Both the position numbers and the translations under genes were made by a program. The notes beneath the pieces are model-generated. The model saw only the letters and a list, made by a program, of their open reading frames with translations. It did no database searches and had not been told where the DNA came from. Positions 1 through 9,946 of a stretch of 35,033 bases of DNA are shown one piece after another. Within the stretch, counting starts at the first letter, position 1; each line of letters opens with the position of its first letter. The stretch comes from a virus (taxonomy: Duplodnaviria > Caudoviricetes), in the IMG/VR virus record IMGVR_UViG_3300049049_000261, positions 1-35,033 of that record, one strand, 5' to 3'.

Positions 1-1623
1 TCACTTAGATTTTTCCTCGGAGGGCGCACCGCCCCACAGAACCAAGTTCACGCGGCCCTCGCCGAGCACGCCCTGTACATCCACCACGCGCATGAGCTGT
101 CCGGTGTCCAGCCCGTAGCAGTTGGCTTGGACCTCGACCAGGTCGCCTGGCTGGAGAGCTGCCGCGGCGTCGGCTTCCAGCAGCGCGGTCAGGTTCCAGA
201 ACCACATTGGCTGCGCGTACAGCGTTGCGCGGTACGCCGCTTCGTTGACGCCCGAGGCCAACAGAGTGGGCATCCCAAAGTCGGCAGGGGGGCGGCTCAT
301 GTCGGCGGCCGAACTCAGGCGGTCCGTGCCACGCGAGCCGCGAGCCTGGGCGTACTGGTCGTGGACGGAGAATGTCGTCGCGTTTCGGTAGGCGCGTGTC
401 AGCGCGACGCCGGCAGCGGTGTCACGCACGCTGCCAGCGAGCTCGTCAGGCGTGTGCACGTACCAATTGCGGCTTGACAGCACGGCGTCTGCCAAGCCGG
501 GCGCGGCATCAAACTCCGGCTGAACCTCACCCTCGATGGAGTTGTTGTCGATCCGCAGCACGGGGGTGCCAGTGGGCAGCCGCCAGCGCTGCATCTGAAA
601 TCGGCCCTCGGCGTCGATCCACCACCAGGCGCTGATGCTGTCGCCGATCTCGGTCATCAACTGGCCGTACGTAACGGCAGAGTCGACATAGCGCCCAAAG
701 AGCGCAGAGGTTTCGACGCTGAGCGCGTTGAGGGCCGCCAAGTCGAACCGACTACTTGACCAACCGCGACGTACCGCCAGGAGGTACTCGACCACCCTCG
801 GTAGACGCCCGAACTGGAACAAGCCAGGGTCGACGCTGGGACCCCGGACGAATGCCGTGATGCGTCCAGACGTGGCTTGGTTGAGAGTGAAGCCATGCTG
901 GTCACCGGAGCTCGACGCGGTCCACTGCGTGCCCGTTGTTAGGGCTGCCCCGCGGTCAAAGACATCGCTGACCGCAGTCAGTCCGCCGAGCGTTGGCGCC
1001 GCCCCAGAGTCGTGAACGCTGAACACGAGGGACGGCGCACCGGTCTGCAGCGCGGGCACCGACAGGCACTGTCCGATGGTGATCGGAATGAGGCGCCCTT
1101 GCTGCACTCCGCTGGAGTACGTCGCGGTCTGCACGGGCACATCGAGCTCGGAAGCGGCGTCGGCCAGCACCAGCCGTACCATCGACTCGCCCACACCTTC
1201 GACGCGATCAACGAGCGCACGCGCCACCCGGATCATCGCGGGCAGCGCAACATCGGGCGCTCCGAAGTACACCCGCACCACCGACCCCTTCAGGCCGCTG
1301 AACATCCAGCCGTTGAGCGCGCCGTCCGCATTGATCAGCTCGATGCTGCCGACGCCGTAGATCGATCGCGAGCTGCCCCAGAACGGCAGTGCCGCTCGCC
1401 GCTGGAAGCGCACTTCGCCACCGATGCGCGGCTCTGCGACCAAGCCTGAGTCCAGATGCGCGAATCGGTCATCGGAGAACCAGCGCGTACCCCCCGGCCC
1501 ATCGACGGCGACCAGCACCGTACGCAGGCCGTTGGCCTTGTCGGCGTACTTGGTGCCCAGCCAGTTGAACGCATCGTTCCAGCGCCTGGCTTCGTTCCAT
1601 CGGAGTCGCAGCCCAGTGATCAC
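1..1623 (-). CDS. Phage tail (tip/baseplate-hub-like) protein, 540 aa
   Basis: Long ORF (GTG start) at the distal end of the tail operon, two genes after the tape measure; beta-rich; C-terminal 'LQPGDLVEV...YGL...G..MRVVDV' is typical of siphophage tail tip proteins. Confidence 0.7.
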   Translation of the reverse strand: MITGLRLRWNEARRWNDAFNWLGTKYADKANGLRTVLVAVDGPGGTRWFSDDRFAHLDSGLVAEPRIGGEVRFQRRAALPFWGSSRSIYGVGSIELINADGALNGWMFSGLKGSVVRVYFGAPDVALPAMIRVARALVDRVEGVGESMVRLVLADAASELDVPVQTATYSSGVQQGRLIPITIGQCLSVPALQTGAPSLVFSVHDSGAAPTLGGLTAVSDVFDRGAALTTGTQWTASSSGDQHGFTLNQATSGRITAFVRGPSVDPGLFQFGRLPRVVEYLLAVRRGWSSSRFDLAALNALSVETSALFGRYVDSAVTYGQLMTEIGDSISAWWWIDAEGRFQMQRWRLPTGTPVLRIDNNSIEGEVQPEFDAAPGLADAVLSSRNWYVHTPDELAGSVRDTAAGVALTRAYRNATTFSVHDQYAQARGSRGTDRLSSAADMSRPPADFGMPTLLASGVNEAAYRATLYAQPMWFWNLTALLEADAAAALQPGDLVEVQANCYGLDTGQLMRVVDVQGVLGEGRVNLVLWGGAPSEEKSK

Positions 1624-1626
1624 GCG

Positions 1627-2442
1627 TCAGCTCGGGAAGGCGCAGTGCGAGGGCCGGACGGCGCCCCAGGATATGAGGTCGACGGTCGCGACATCGGTGT
1701 TGGCCGAAGCGTTGAAGCCGCTCCATGCCGGCACCAGCAGCGTGCCTGTGCCATTGGGGACGTTCGTGCTCACAGTCTGGTCCAGCATGACGGTGCCACC
1801 GTCCAGCCGGATGACGCAGCGTGCGCTGGTGGCGGTGACCCATGAGATATCGACTGTGTACCAGACGCCGGGCGAGAGCCCGAGCGTGACGGGCGCCGAG
1901 GTCCGCACACCCCCGTTCGCGCTCTTGAAGGTGGCGGTGCCGCCGGGGGCAACCGCCAGATAGCAACCCGATACGGGCTCCGCCGTGCTCGCTCCGCCGT
2001 TGTGGTGGCCGACGTACATCGTGCTGCCGGCCAAGCTGGTTTTCGGTGCGAACACGGTGCGATACGAGAGCCCAGCGGCACCGATCACGTTCGCACCGGC
2101 AGCGAAGCGAAAGCCGCCGTTTGCCACGCCACCAGAGCGAACGCGGACGATGCCGGGGTGGGCTGCTGCGTAGTCGCCGTTGTCCGGCGCCGTCGTGATC
2201 GTGCCCGAGTTGATCGCACTGCTTGCCGTCAGCACCGTGCTGGCCTGCACCGCGGTGGTGTACAGGTCGACTTGCTCCCATCGTGCCGACAGGCCGTTGC
2301 GCAGCTCGTCTTGCGCTGCACGCAGCGCGTTCTGCAGGTGCGCGATGATGTCCGTGGACAGCAACCCGGGCTGATTCATGAATGGATCGCCTGCGATGCT
2401 GGCGAAGGTGTCGCTATTGAAGGGGAAGACTGTCGCGGTCAT
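1627..2442 (-). CDS. Tail-associated protein, 271 aa, Thr/Gly/Ala-rich beta-sandwich (possible lectin-like/adsorption protein)
   Basis: Directly follows the tape measure (2-nt gap); short helical N-terminus, then beta-strand-rich region 'WYTVDISWVTATSARCVIRLDG'. Confidence 0.55.
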   Translation of the reverse strand: MTATVFPFNSDTFASIAGDPFMNQPGLLSTDIIAHLQNALRAAQDELRNGLSARWEQVDLYTTAVQASTVLTASSAINSGTITTAPDNGDYAAAHPGIVRVRSGGVANGGFRFAAGANVIGAAGLSYRTVFAPKTSLAGSTMYVGHHNGGASTAEPVSGCYLAVAPGGTATFKSANGGVRTSAPVTLGLSPGVWYTVDISWVTATSARCVIRLDGGTVMLDQTVSTNVPNGTGTLLVPAWSGFNASANTDVATVDLISWGAVRPSHCAFPS

Positions 2443-2444
2443 GT

Positions 2445-5400
2445 TCAGCGGCCTCGTTGCTGGGCGATATCGACACCGCGGCGCGTCTCAAGCGCAATGC
2501 GCTCGCTGCCACGGTTCTGGGCGGCCTCGACATCCGCGAGGCGCGTAGCAATTAGCGCTTGGCTGCTGGCGTGCTCTGCCCGAAGGGCGCGCAGCTCTGC
2601 GACCACCGCCTCATTGCTGCCACTGGGCACCGCTCCGATCGCAAGACCCGAGCGGCGCGCGAAGTCAGCGACCGCCGCGGGCAGGATCGTCTCCCCTTGG
2701 TGGATCAACGCGGGGCCTGTGCGCGGGACATACGCGGTGCCCACGTCAAAGCTATCGAGCCCGTCGGCGGTGGGCAGGCCGCGACCGATTGCCTCGATCG
2801 CTTCACGAATCAGGCTGAGCTCGGAGAGCTGCGCGGATGCAGTCGCGTTGATGTCCCGCAAGGTGGTGAGCTCGCTCACCACCGGTGCCGGACCAATCCC
2901 CTCGAAGAAGGGCGCGAGTAGATCGCGCACGCCCGCCGGCATCGCTCGGATTGCGGCCTCGGCCGCCTCGACGGCACCGGTAGCGTCGGCATCACTGGTC
3001 GCGTTGCGGATGGCCTCAAGCGGTCCAACGAGCTGCTCGCGGAACTCCGCGGGCACGCCTAATAGCGTCTGGTCCAGAGCTTGATTCAGCAGCGACTGGC
3101 GATCCGCCAGGGCACCCAGTTCGACGCCGACATTGGTGGCCAGCTCAGTCACGTCCACGCCCAGCTGCCGCGCCAACGCCGTCAGCGACATGGCGGTCTC
3201 GACAGTCAGTTCCTCCAGCTGGATGCCGAGGTCGGCCGCGAGCTCGCTGAGGTTCAACCGGATCTGCTGAGCAACCTCAGCCAGCGGCTCGCCCGTCGCC
3301 TGAATGTACTCGCGCACCAGAGAGCCTAGCTCACGCAGCATCGCCGCCCGCTGCTCGGTGAGCTGCTCGTTGAGGAGCGCATCGCGCTGGTCGTAGAGCG
3401 CCTGCAGCTCGGGTGAGACTACGGCGCCAGTGATGCTGCCACCACCGCCCACGGCGCCGGTTGGACCGCCAAGCGGAGGCTGCGCGAGCTGCATGCCCGC
3501 CAGCTCAGTCATGCGCCGCCGCACGTAGGCCTCGGTGTCGGTGAACTGCTGACTGGAAGCACTGAAGGAGCGCTCCTCACGCAGCAGCGCGTCGGCGAGC
3601 TGGGTCAGCCGCTGCAAGGCTTCAACATCGCCACCGGCCGCCGCTGCGGCAGTCTCATCGAACTGCCTGCGCGCCTCGGCCAGACGTTGCTCCGGCGTGA
3701 GGCTTGAAATGTCGCCCAGTAGCTGGCTGTCGAGCCACTGGCGGATGTTCTGCAGGGCGCTGAGCTGCTGCTCATAGACGCCACGTGCAGCCGCGCCGAC
3801 CTGCTCGATGGCGCCGACCTGGCTTGACGTGCTCGCCTGCTGCGCCGCCTCAATCGCTGCGATCTGGGCATTGATCTGATCGAGCGGGCTGCCGTAGAGC
3901 TGCGTGACCAGGTCGGCCGCGGCGTCGCGCAAGCGCGCGATCGCGGCTGCCGCTCGCTGGCTCGCGACCTGATGCACGAGAGCCAGGTCTTCTTCAGCGG
4001 CTGACTGCATACCGGCGGCACGCGCAGCAGCATTGAGCGATTCGGTCGCGTCCGTCGTCCAGCGCGTGATCGCCTGGATCTCGCGCGCGAAGGTGCTCAT
4101 ACCGGCGGTTTCGAGCTCGTCGCGCAGCTCCTGGACTTCGGCCTGGTAGGCCAACAAGGCCGCCTGCTGCTCAGCCAGAATGGCCGTGCGCTGCGCCTCC
4201 AGGCCCAGCAGAGCGCCGAGCGCATTGCCGGCTTCCAGCCACTGCACCACCGCCTCCTCCGACAGCGTCGGCAGCACAGACTCGAACAGCTCGCGGTAGC
4301 GGCGGCGGCCCTCTTCACCCTGGAAGTCGGCAATGTCCAAACCAACGTCCGAGAATTCCCGCCCCGCGCTCTGGCGAGCTGACAGCAGGTTGAAGTCGAG
4401 CTGCTCCATCACCGTGTAGAAGTTGTCTCGAAACCCCTGCCAAAGGGCGGCCGCCCGCTCCAGGCCCCCAGCAGCGTCTGCAATCCCGGTGGCGAAGCGC
4501 ACGAACTCCTCGCGGGTCTTGTCGAGCGTGACCCCGGAAAGACCCAGAGACTGCTCCAGCAACTGGGTCGCGCCGGCGAGCCTGGCGTACGTCTGGCCGA
4601 GCGTTTCCCCGCCGATTGCCAGGTCCTCCACGAGCTCCAGCACCGGCGTCAGGGTTCCGGTTTCGAGCAGGTCGAACCCGTTGCGGATATCGCTGGCCAC
4701 ATCCAGCAGGAACTGTGCACCTGTGAGCAGTTGCTCTGCGTCCCCGCGCCAGCGCTCAGCGAGCGCACTGGCCTCCCCCTGCACAGCCGATGTGGCGCTC
4801 TTGATGACAGCCGCTGCGTACTCGCCGACCTGGTCAAAGGTGCCGCTGCCACCCACGCCTTGTTCGATACCGTCGCGCGCCGCGCTCGCAGTGGTGGCGG
4901 CGACTGCCGGCACCACGTTGCCCATGATCTGGTCGATCGCGTCGATGATGAACTCAGCGCTGATGCGCTGACCGGCGAGCTCTTGCGAGGCTTCCTCGAA
5001 GGTGCGGCCGAGAAGGTCCACGAAGATCTTTGTTGTGGTGGGCCGACCCTTGGAGTCGAAGTCGGTAACCGAACGGATCGCGACGTCCATGAGGTCGGTC
5101 GCCTGGCCACGCAGGCGCTGCCCGACCATCTGTTGCGTCTGGTCGGCCGCATCGAAGAGCGCCTGCGCCGCCTGCACAGCCTCAGGCGAGTCAGCGAGCG
5201 TGCTGCTGCGCCACTGGCGGCCGCGAAAGAGGCTGCGGTTCCTCACTTCGGTCAGCGAGGACTCGGTGAACGCCTCACCGCCCTCGATGCCGATCGAGGT
5301 GGTCATTTCGTCCGGCTTGTACCTCGTTCCGAAGAGCTTGCCGCCTGAGAAGGCGTCGATGAGCGCGAGGGCCGCGACGATCCAGCCGACGACTGGAATC

Positions 5401-7991
5401 GCCGCCGCCGCGCCTGCGCCGCCGGCGAGGGCACCGCCCGCCGCGGCACCAGCAACGCCCGTCGCAGCGCCGGCACCAGCGCCCAGCAACGCACCCGTGG
5501 CGACCGTACCCAACGCGTAGCCCGCGTAGCCGTAGGCCGCGCCGGCGGCCAGCGAGCCGCCGCTGCCAGTGCTGCCACCCCTGTTGGTGAGGCCGTAGTA
5601 GGCACCGCCTGCGGCCGCCGCATAGGGCGCATAGGTCAGCGCCTGTTGAGCGGCAGGACTGTTGCCGAGCCACGACAGGCCACTGTTGACCATCGACCCG
5701 TAGCCGGAGCCACCGAGGCTGGTTCCTCCGGATCCACCACCACCACCGAACATCGCCGACAGCTGAGAGACGTAGCCGTTGCCACTCGTGGCTGCGGCGG
5801 ACAACCCCGGCATGGAGCCGCCGAAGAAGCTCGCCATCGAGCGGAGCAGTGCCGAGGACGCCCACTGGCGCAGCAGATCCTGCAGGAGCCGCTTGAAGTA
5901 GGCCTTGACGCCTTCGCCGCCCTTCGAGACCGCGTCGACCAAGCCGTCGGCGAAGTCCTGCCAGGCTTGGGCACTCATCTCAGCGGCCTCGCGCGATCGC
6001 TCGGCGGTGATCACGCTCTGCTCGCCGGCCTCCACCGTGGCTCGGATGAGAGCGACCTTGGCGGCGCGCTGCTCTTCACTCAGGTTGGTAAGGCTTTGCT
6101 CCTCAGCAGCAAGCGCTTGAGCTACGGCAACCTCAACACGTCGCTGATCCGCGGTCAGGCCAGCGAGCCGCGCCTGTTCAGCGTAGTTGCGCGATAGACG
6201 CCCCACCGAGTCTTCGTTGTCCTTCGCGGCTTTGCTTGTCCGCTCATAGCCCTGTTCGACAAGCTCCAACGCCCGGTAGTAGTCCATCAACTGGATCTCG
6301 CCCGCCTCCATGCGGCGATCAAGGTCATCCAGCCGGCGCTCATACTCGATTTGGGCCGCGCGCACGGGGCCGGCCAGGGCGGCTTCCATCTGCAGCAGCT
6401 CATCCTTGAACTTCAGCTGCGCAGTCGCCGCACGCTCGACCTCGCGGCTCAACTCGCGCTGATCGCGCTGCGCAGCGCGCTGGGTCTCCTGCGTACGCTT
6501 CTGCGCTGCCTGCATCGCATCAAGGGCACGAGCGTTGGTGAGCAGCGGCTCGAACGCTGCCTTGACGCCCGCCACATACTTCTCGCGCTCGGCCATGTCC
6601 GCGATCGTTGCGGCCTTGGCGAGCTCCAGGCCCTGCGCGTACTCCAGGGCGCCTGCCCGCCCCTTGCCGAAGGTCGCGACCTGCTGTTCGAGCTGGGCCG
6701 CTTGCTGCGAAAGACCGGCCTGCAGGTTCGTGAGCGCAGTAGAGGCCTGGTCGGCACTGGTCGCGGTGCTGGTGATGCCCTCGGCTGCCGCCTGTGCCGG
6801 GCTGAACAAGGCGACGAACTTGTCCGTCACGTCGGCCACAGCCAGGCTCAGGCCTGTGCCAGCCGAGCTGGTCGCGGCGTCCGTGCGGTTCTTCAGCTCC
6901 TCCAGGATCTGGCCGAGGATCTTGCTGTCCTCTGCGCTCTTGGGCAGCACCAGGCCCCACAGGGTGTAGTTCTGGGCGAACGCGTAGGCCGAGCGCGCGC
7001 CGGCATCCATCACGTCGATCGAGGCCGCGACGATGTTGACGACGGCCTCGACGCCAGCCTTGGCCACGAACGCGGCGGCCGCCAGCACGCGCAGCACATC
7101 GGCGATCGCCGTGGCCACACTCTTCAGCCCGTCACCCTCGCGTGAGGCGTCGACGAACTGGGCGACCAGCTGCGTCATGGACGGCAGCAGCTGCCGCGCA
7201 ATCTCGTTGCCGACGCCGGTGCCGAGGCTGCCCAGGTCGGCAAGCAGATCGTTGAACTGCTCAGCCGAGCGCCCCGTGTTGGCATCAAGCTCAAGTCCGA
7301 GCGAGCGTGCGCGCTCTTCCATGGCAGCGATACCGTCGCCGCCTTGGTCGAGCAGTGGGATGAGTTCTGCACCGGTCCGGCCGAACAGCTTGACGGCGAG
7401 GTCCGTCTTCTCGATGCCGCCGCCGAGCTGCGAGATGCCCTGCGCCACTTCGCGCAGCAGCGTATCGGTCGACTTCAGGCGACCGTTGTTGTCTGTCACC
7501 GAAATGCCCAGTTGGTCAAAGGCAGCTCGGGACTCGCCCGTACCGCGCGCGGCCTCGGACGCGTTCACCGCGAGGCGAACCATGGCGCCCTGCAGTTGAT
7601 CAAGGCCGACGCCGCTTCGGTCTGCGGCATAGCTCAGGGTCGAGAGCGACTCGATGCTTACGCCGACCTTCTGGCTCATCTTCGACAGATCGTCAGCCAG
7701 ATTGATGCTCTGGGTCGCCAGTTGCGGCAGAGCGCGGATCGCGCGCGCCAGCTCCTGGCCGATGCCTTGTGCGACGCCGCGACCGAACTCGGCGATCGCG
7801 CCTCGCACGGTGTTGATCGCCCCCGTGGTTTGGCGCGCCTGATCCTCGGTGCGCTTGAGACCTTTCGCCGCGGTGGTGCCGGCTTGGTCGGCCGCCTGGC
7901 CGAACTGCAGCACGTTGCCTTGCGCGTCGCGCAGCTCGCCCCGGAAGCCGTCCGAGTCGAGCACCAGGCGCATGTTGATCTCCTGCATCAC
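2445..7991 (-). CDS. Tail tape measure protein, 1848 aa
   Basis: Longest ORF, Ala/Gln-rich and helical; 'LADDLSKMSQKVGVSIESLSTLSYAA...G...LFGRTGAELIPLL' TMP pattern; Gly/Ala hydrophobic middle segment; C-terminal 'FDVGTAYVPRTGPALIHQGETILP'; follows the tail chaperones. Confidence 0.93.
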   Translation of the reverse strand: MMQEINMRLVLDSDGFRGELRDAQGNVLQFGQAADQAGTTAAKGLKRTEDQARQTTGAINTVRGAIAEFGRGVAQGIGQELARAIRALPQLATQSINLADDLSKMSQKVGVSIESLSTLSYAADRSGVGLDQLQGAMVRLAVNASEAARGTGESRAAFDQLGISVTDNNGRLKSTDTLLREVAQGISQLGGGIEKTDLAVKLFGRTGAELIPLLDQGGDGIAAMEERARSLGLELDANTGRSAEQFNDLLADLGSLGTGVGNEIARQLLPSMTQLVAQFVDASREGDGLKSVATAIADVLRVLAAAAFVAKAGVEAVVNIVAASIDVMDAGARSAYAFAQNYTLWGLVLPKSAEDSKILGQILEELKNRTDAATSSAGTGLSLAVADVTDKFVALFSPAQAAAEGITSTATSADQASTALTNLQAGLSQQAAQLEQQVATFGKGRAGALEYAQGLELAKAATIADMAEREKYVAGVKAAFEPLLTNARALDAMQAAQKRTQETQRAAQRDQRELSREVERAATAQLKFKDELLQMEAALAGPVRAAQIEYERRLDDLDRRMEAGEIQLMDYYRALELVEQGYERTSKAAKDNEDSVGRLSRNYAEQARLAGLTADQRRVEVAVAQALAAEEQSLTNLSEEQRAAKVALIRATVEAGEQSVITAERSREAAEMSAQAWQDFADGLVDAVSKGGEGVKAYFKRLLQDLLRQWASSALLRSMASFFGGSMPGLSAAATSGNGYVSQLSAMFGGGGGSGGTSLGGSGYGSMVNSGLSWLGNSPAAQQALTYAPYAAAAGGAYYGLTNRGGSTGSGGSLAAGAAYGYAGYALGTVATGALLGAGAGAATGVAGAAAGGALAGGAGAAAAIPVVGWIVAALALIDAFSGGKLFGTRYKPDEMTTSIGIEGGEAFTESSLTEVRNRSLFRGRQWRSSTLADSPEAVQAAQALFDAADQTQQMVGQRLRGQATDLMDVAIRSVTDFDSKGRPTTTKIFVDLLGRTFEEASQELAGQRISAEFIIDAIDQIMGNVVPAVAATTASAARDGIEQGVGGSGTFDQVGEYAAAVIKSATSAVQGEASALAERWRGDAEQLLTGAQFLLDVASDIRNGFDLLETGTLTPVLELVEDLAIGGETLGQTYARLAGATQLLEQSLGLSGVTLDKTREEFVRFATGIADAAGGLERAAALWQGFRDNFYTVMEQLDFNLLSARQSAGREFSDVGLDIADFQGEEGRRRYRELFESVLPTLSEEAVVQWLEAGNALGALLGLEAQRTAILAEQQAALLAYQAEVQELRDELETAGMSTFAREIQAITRWTTDATESLNAAARAAGMQSAAEEDLALVHQVASQRAAAAIARLRDAAADLVTQLYGSPLDQINAQIAAIEAAQQASTSSQVGAIEQVGAAARGVYEQQLSALQNIRQWLDSQLLGDISSLTPEQRLAEARRQFDETAAAAAGGDVEALQRLTQLADALLREERSFSASSQQFTDTEAYVRRRMTELAGMQLAQPPLGGPTGAVGGGGSITGAVVSPELQALYDQRDALLNEQLTEQRAAMLRELGSLVREYIQATGEPLAEVAQQIRLNLSELAADLGIQLEELTVETAMSLTALARQLGVDVTELATNVGVELGALADRQSLLNQALDQTLLGVPAEFREQLVGPLEAIRNATSDADATGAVEAAEAAIRAMPAGVRDLLAPFFEGIGPAPVVSELTTLRDINATASAQLSELSLIREAIEAIGRGLPTADGLDSFDVGTAYVPRTGPALIHQGETILPAAVADFARRSGLAIGAVPSGSNEAVVAELRALRAEHASSQALIATRLADVEAAQNRGSERIALETRRGVDIAQQRGR

Positions 7992-8374
7992 GCCTCCTTG
8001 GATCGCAGCAGCGGCAGGGCCGCGGCGACCATCACGCGCACGCCCGAGAACACCTCGGGCCAGTCCTTCTGGGGTATCCGCAGCAGTCGACAGACCGCGA
8101 GCACTTCGGCGGCTGGCAGGCCTTGGGGAACCGCTTCACCCATGCCGGCCTGCAGGTAGGCCCAGGTGCAGCTGCTGAACACCTGCACCGTGGGCCAGAG
8201 GTCGGGCTCGATCAGCCCGTCCTCTCGAAGGGCCTCGCCCTCGCGCTGTTCCAGCGCGAGGGCCTCATCGCTGTAGCCCTGGTCCTGCAGGTCCTTCAGA
8301 TGGGCTTCGAGGTCGCTGCCAGGGCAGCCCCTGGCCCACCATTCGGCGGCAAGGCGCAGCCTTAGGACTTTCCC
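7988..8374 (-). CDS. Tail assembly chaperone, frameshifted C-terminal part (gpT-like, DUF1799-like); expected G-T fusion ~234 aa from 8691
   Basis: Open -1 frame entered at the GGGAAAG slippery site; 'LWPTVQVFSSCTWAY...G...GL...EV...R......VRVM' resembles known gpT-like tails; stop overlaps the TMP start. Confidence 0.8.
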   Translation of the reverse strand, partial: GKVLRLRLAAEWWARGCPGSDLEAHLKDLQDQGYSDEALALEQREGEALREDGLIEPDLWPTVQVFSSCTWAYLQAGMGEAVPQGLPAAEVLAVCRLLRIPQKDWPEVFSGVRVMVAAALPLLRSKEA

Positions 8375-8691
8375 TCGATCCCGTTCTGCTTCATCCAGGC
8401 CCGAGCGATCGCGCGCGCCACGCCGGGCTGTTCGATCAGTCGGCGCTTGTTCTCGGCGTTGGCTTCGAGCACTTCGCCTTTGGGACCTTCGACCTTGCGG
8501 AACGAGGTCATGTAGCGATCGGCGAGCTCGACATCGGGCAGGCCGCCGTTCTTCAGGACGGTGTTGATGTCGGACTGCGACACCTGCTCGAACTCGGCAT
8601 CGAAGCTGAAGGTGCGCTTGCGACCGGTCTCGTCGAACAGCTCGACGTCGACAGGGAACCAGCGGTGAGTCTTTTCTTCCAGACGGAACAT
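8362..8691 (-). CDS. Tail assembly chaperone (gpG-like), 109 aa
   Basis: Between tail tube and TMP; GAGG RBS; ends ...GAG GGA AAG TCC TAA containing the slippery heptamer. Confidence 0.85.
   Translation of the reverse strand: MFRLEEKTHRWFPVDVELFDETGRKRTFSFDAEFEQVSQSDINTVLKNGGLPDVELADRYMTSFRKVEGPKGEVLEANAENKRRLIEQPGVARAIARAWMKQNGIEGKS
8368..8374 (-). other. Programmed -1 ribosomal frameshift site G GGA AAG
   Basis: + strand CTTTCCC; same heptamer as the lambda G/T site, in the correct frame two codons before the G stop, with an open -1 frame downstream. Confidence 0.85.
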
Positions 8692-8757
8692 CTCGAATCC
8701 TCATGTGGGAGCGGGCAACCGAGGGGGGCGCGGAATGCCTGCCGAGGAATCGGCGTA

Positions 8758-9684
8758 TCAGGTGAAGACGAGCTCGACCTCGTCGTCTGCAGCGTCGATG
8801 CAGAACTCCAGGTTGGTCTCGATCATGGCGCGGCCACGGTCATCGCCGTAGCGAGGCTGCAGAACCTGAACCTGCTGCCCCTCCAAGGTGATGATGTTGC
8901 CGGCGGTCATGCCGTGCACCAGGGTGAGCGCGCCCTTGGTGTCCGCACGCGCGGTGGTGAAGTAGTTCTTCGCGGTCAGCGTCGGCGCGCGCAGGGCGAT
9001 GGTGCCGGTGCACATGCGGTCGGTGATCGCCACGTCCTCTTCGCCCGGATTGTCGAAGTGGTTGACCTGGTTGCCGTAGTCGAACGAGAAGCTGCGGAAC
9101 ACCGCGGTCAAGCCATGCAGCTGTACCGCAGGGGTGTGCGCGTAGCTGACCGGCCGCGGCGTGGTCCAGCCGGTCCAGACAGGCACGATGTCCGTGGCAC
9201 TCGCAGGGTCCACCCAGACGCCGCTGAACACAAAGCGGAAGTACGGAATGCCCTGGCTGTCGAAGCGGATCGACCAGGTGCCGCGAGCGCCGCGCATGGC
9301 GTGGCGCTGACCATCGAGCTGGAAGTAGAAGGTGTGGCTCGATGTCGACTGCGTCGCCGGCGCCAGCGTCACGCTGGTGGTGGGGACGATGGTCTGGCTC
9401 ATGCCGCACGAGAGGAACAGATGCGCGTACTTCGGCGGCGTGCCGGCGATGCCGCTGCCGGCCATTTCCACGTCGAACTCCATGATGACGTGAGTGCCGA
9501 CGTGGATCTTGCCGGTCGAGCCGAAGCTCGGCCCGTCGAGCTCACGGTCAAGCGCCTGGCCTTCCAGCGGGCGAATGGTGGCACCGCGCGTGCGGATGGC
9601 GTCGGCAGCCACCAGCGCCACTGGCGTGCCGTAGGTGACCTCGGCCTTGGCGAAAACGGTTACAGCTTTGGATCGCAGTGACAT
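8758..9684 (-). CDS. Major tail (tube) protein, 308 aa
   Basis: 'VFAKAEVTYGTP...' N-terminus and '...DDEVELVFT' C-terminus, typical of sipho tail tubes; lies upstream of the chaperones; no sheath gene present. Confidence 0.85.
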   Translation of the reverse strand: MSLRSKAVTVFAKAEVTYGTPVALVAADAIRTRGATIRPLEGQALDRELDGPSFGSTGKIHVGTHVIMEFDVEMAGSGIAGTPPKYAHLFLSCGMSQTIVPTTSVTLAPATQSTSSHTFYFQLDGQRHAMRGARGTWSIRFDSQGIPYFRFVFSGVWVDPASATDIVPVWTGWTTPRPVSYAHTPAVQLHGLTAVFRSFSFDYGNQVNHFDNPGEEDVAITDRMCTGTIALRAPTLTAKNYFTTARADTKGALTLVHGMTAGNIITLEGQQVQVLQPRYGDDRGRAMIETNLEFCIDAADDEVELVFT

Positions 9685-9721
9685 GGGATGCTCCAGATGA
9701 TCGAGGAAGGCTCAGCGGCGA

Positions 9722-9946
9722 TCAGCGGCCGCGGCGCGTCACGGGTCGGGTGGCCGGCTTGCGGGCCGGGGCAGCCGGCGGTGCCGGGGCTTCTTCGGGC
9801 GGGTTCTCAGCGCTTCCCGGTGCGGCCTGCGCGGCCTGCAGCGGTGGGGCCGGCCGAGTCGGCGGGATGTGCTCCAGCAGCTTGCCGGTGGTGTCGCGAA
9901 TGAAGGTGCCGCCCTGGCTGCGGCTCGGCTCGTTGGTCTTGCTCAC
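9722..9946 (-). CDS. Small Pro/Ala-rich hypothetical protein, 74 aa (MSKTNEPSRSQGGTFIRDTTGKLLEH...)
   Basis: AGGAG RBS plus GTG overlapping the upstream stop (GTGA); 'GGTFIRD..GKL' small gene sits just ahead of the tail tube. Confidence 0.6.
   Translation of the reverse strand: MSKTNEPSRSQGGTFIRDTTGKLLEHIPPTRPAPPLQAAQAAPGSAENPPEEAPAPPAAPARKPATRPVTRRGR

Noticed and set aside
7988-8704. 238-aa ORF as listed in the ORF track
   Set aside because: Its N-terminal half overlaps the real chaperone gene out of frame; only the part after the slippery site is credible.
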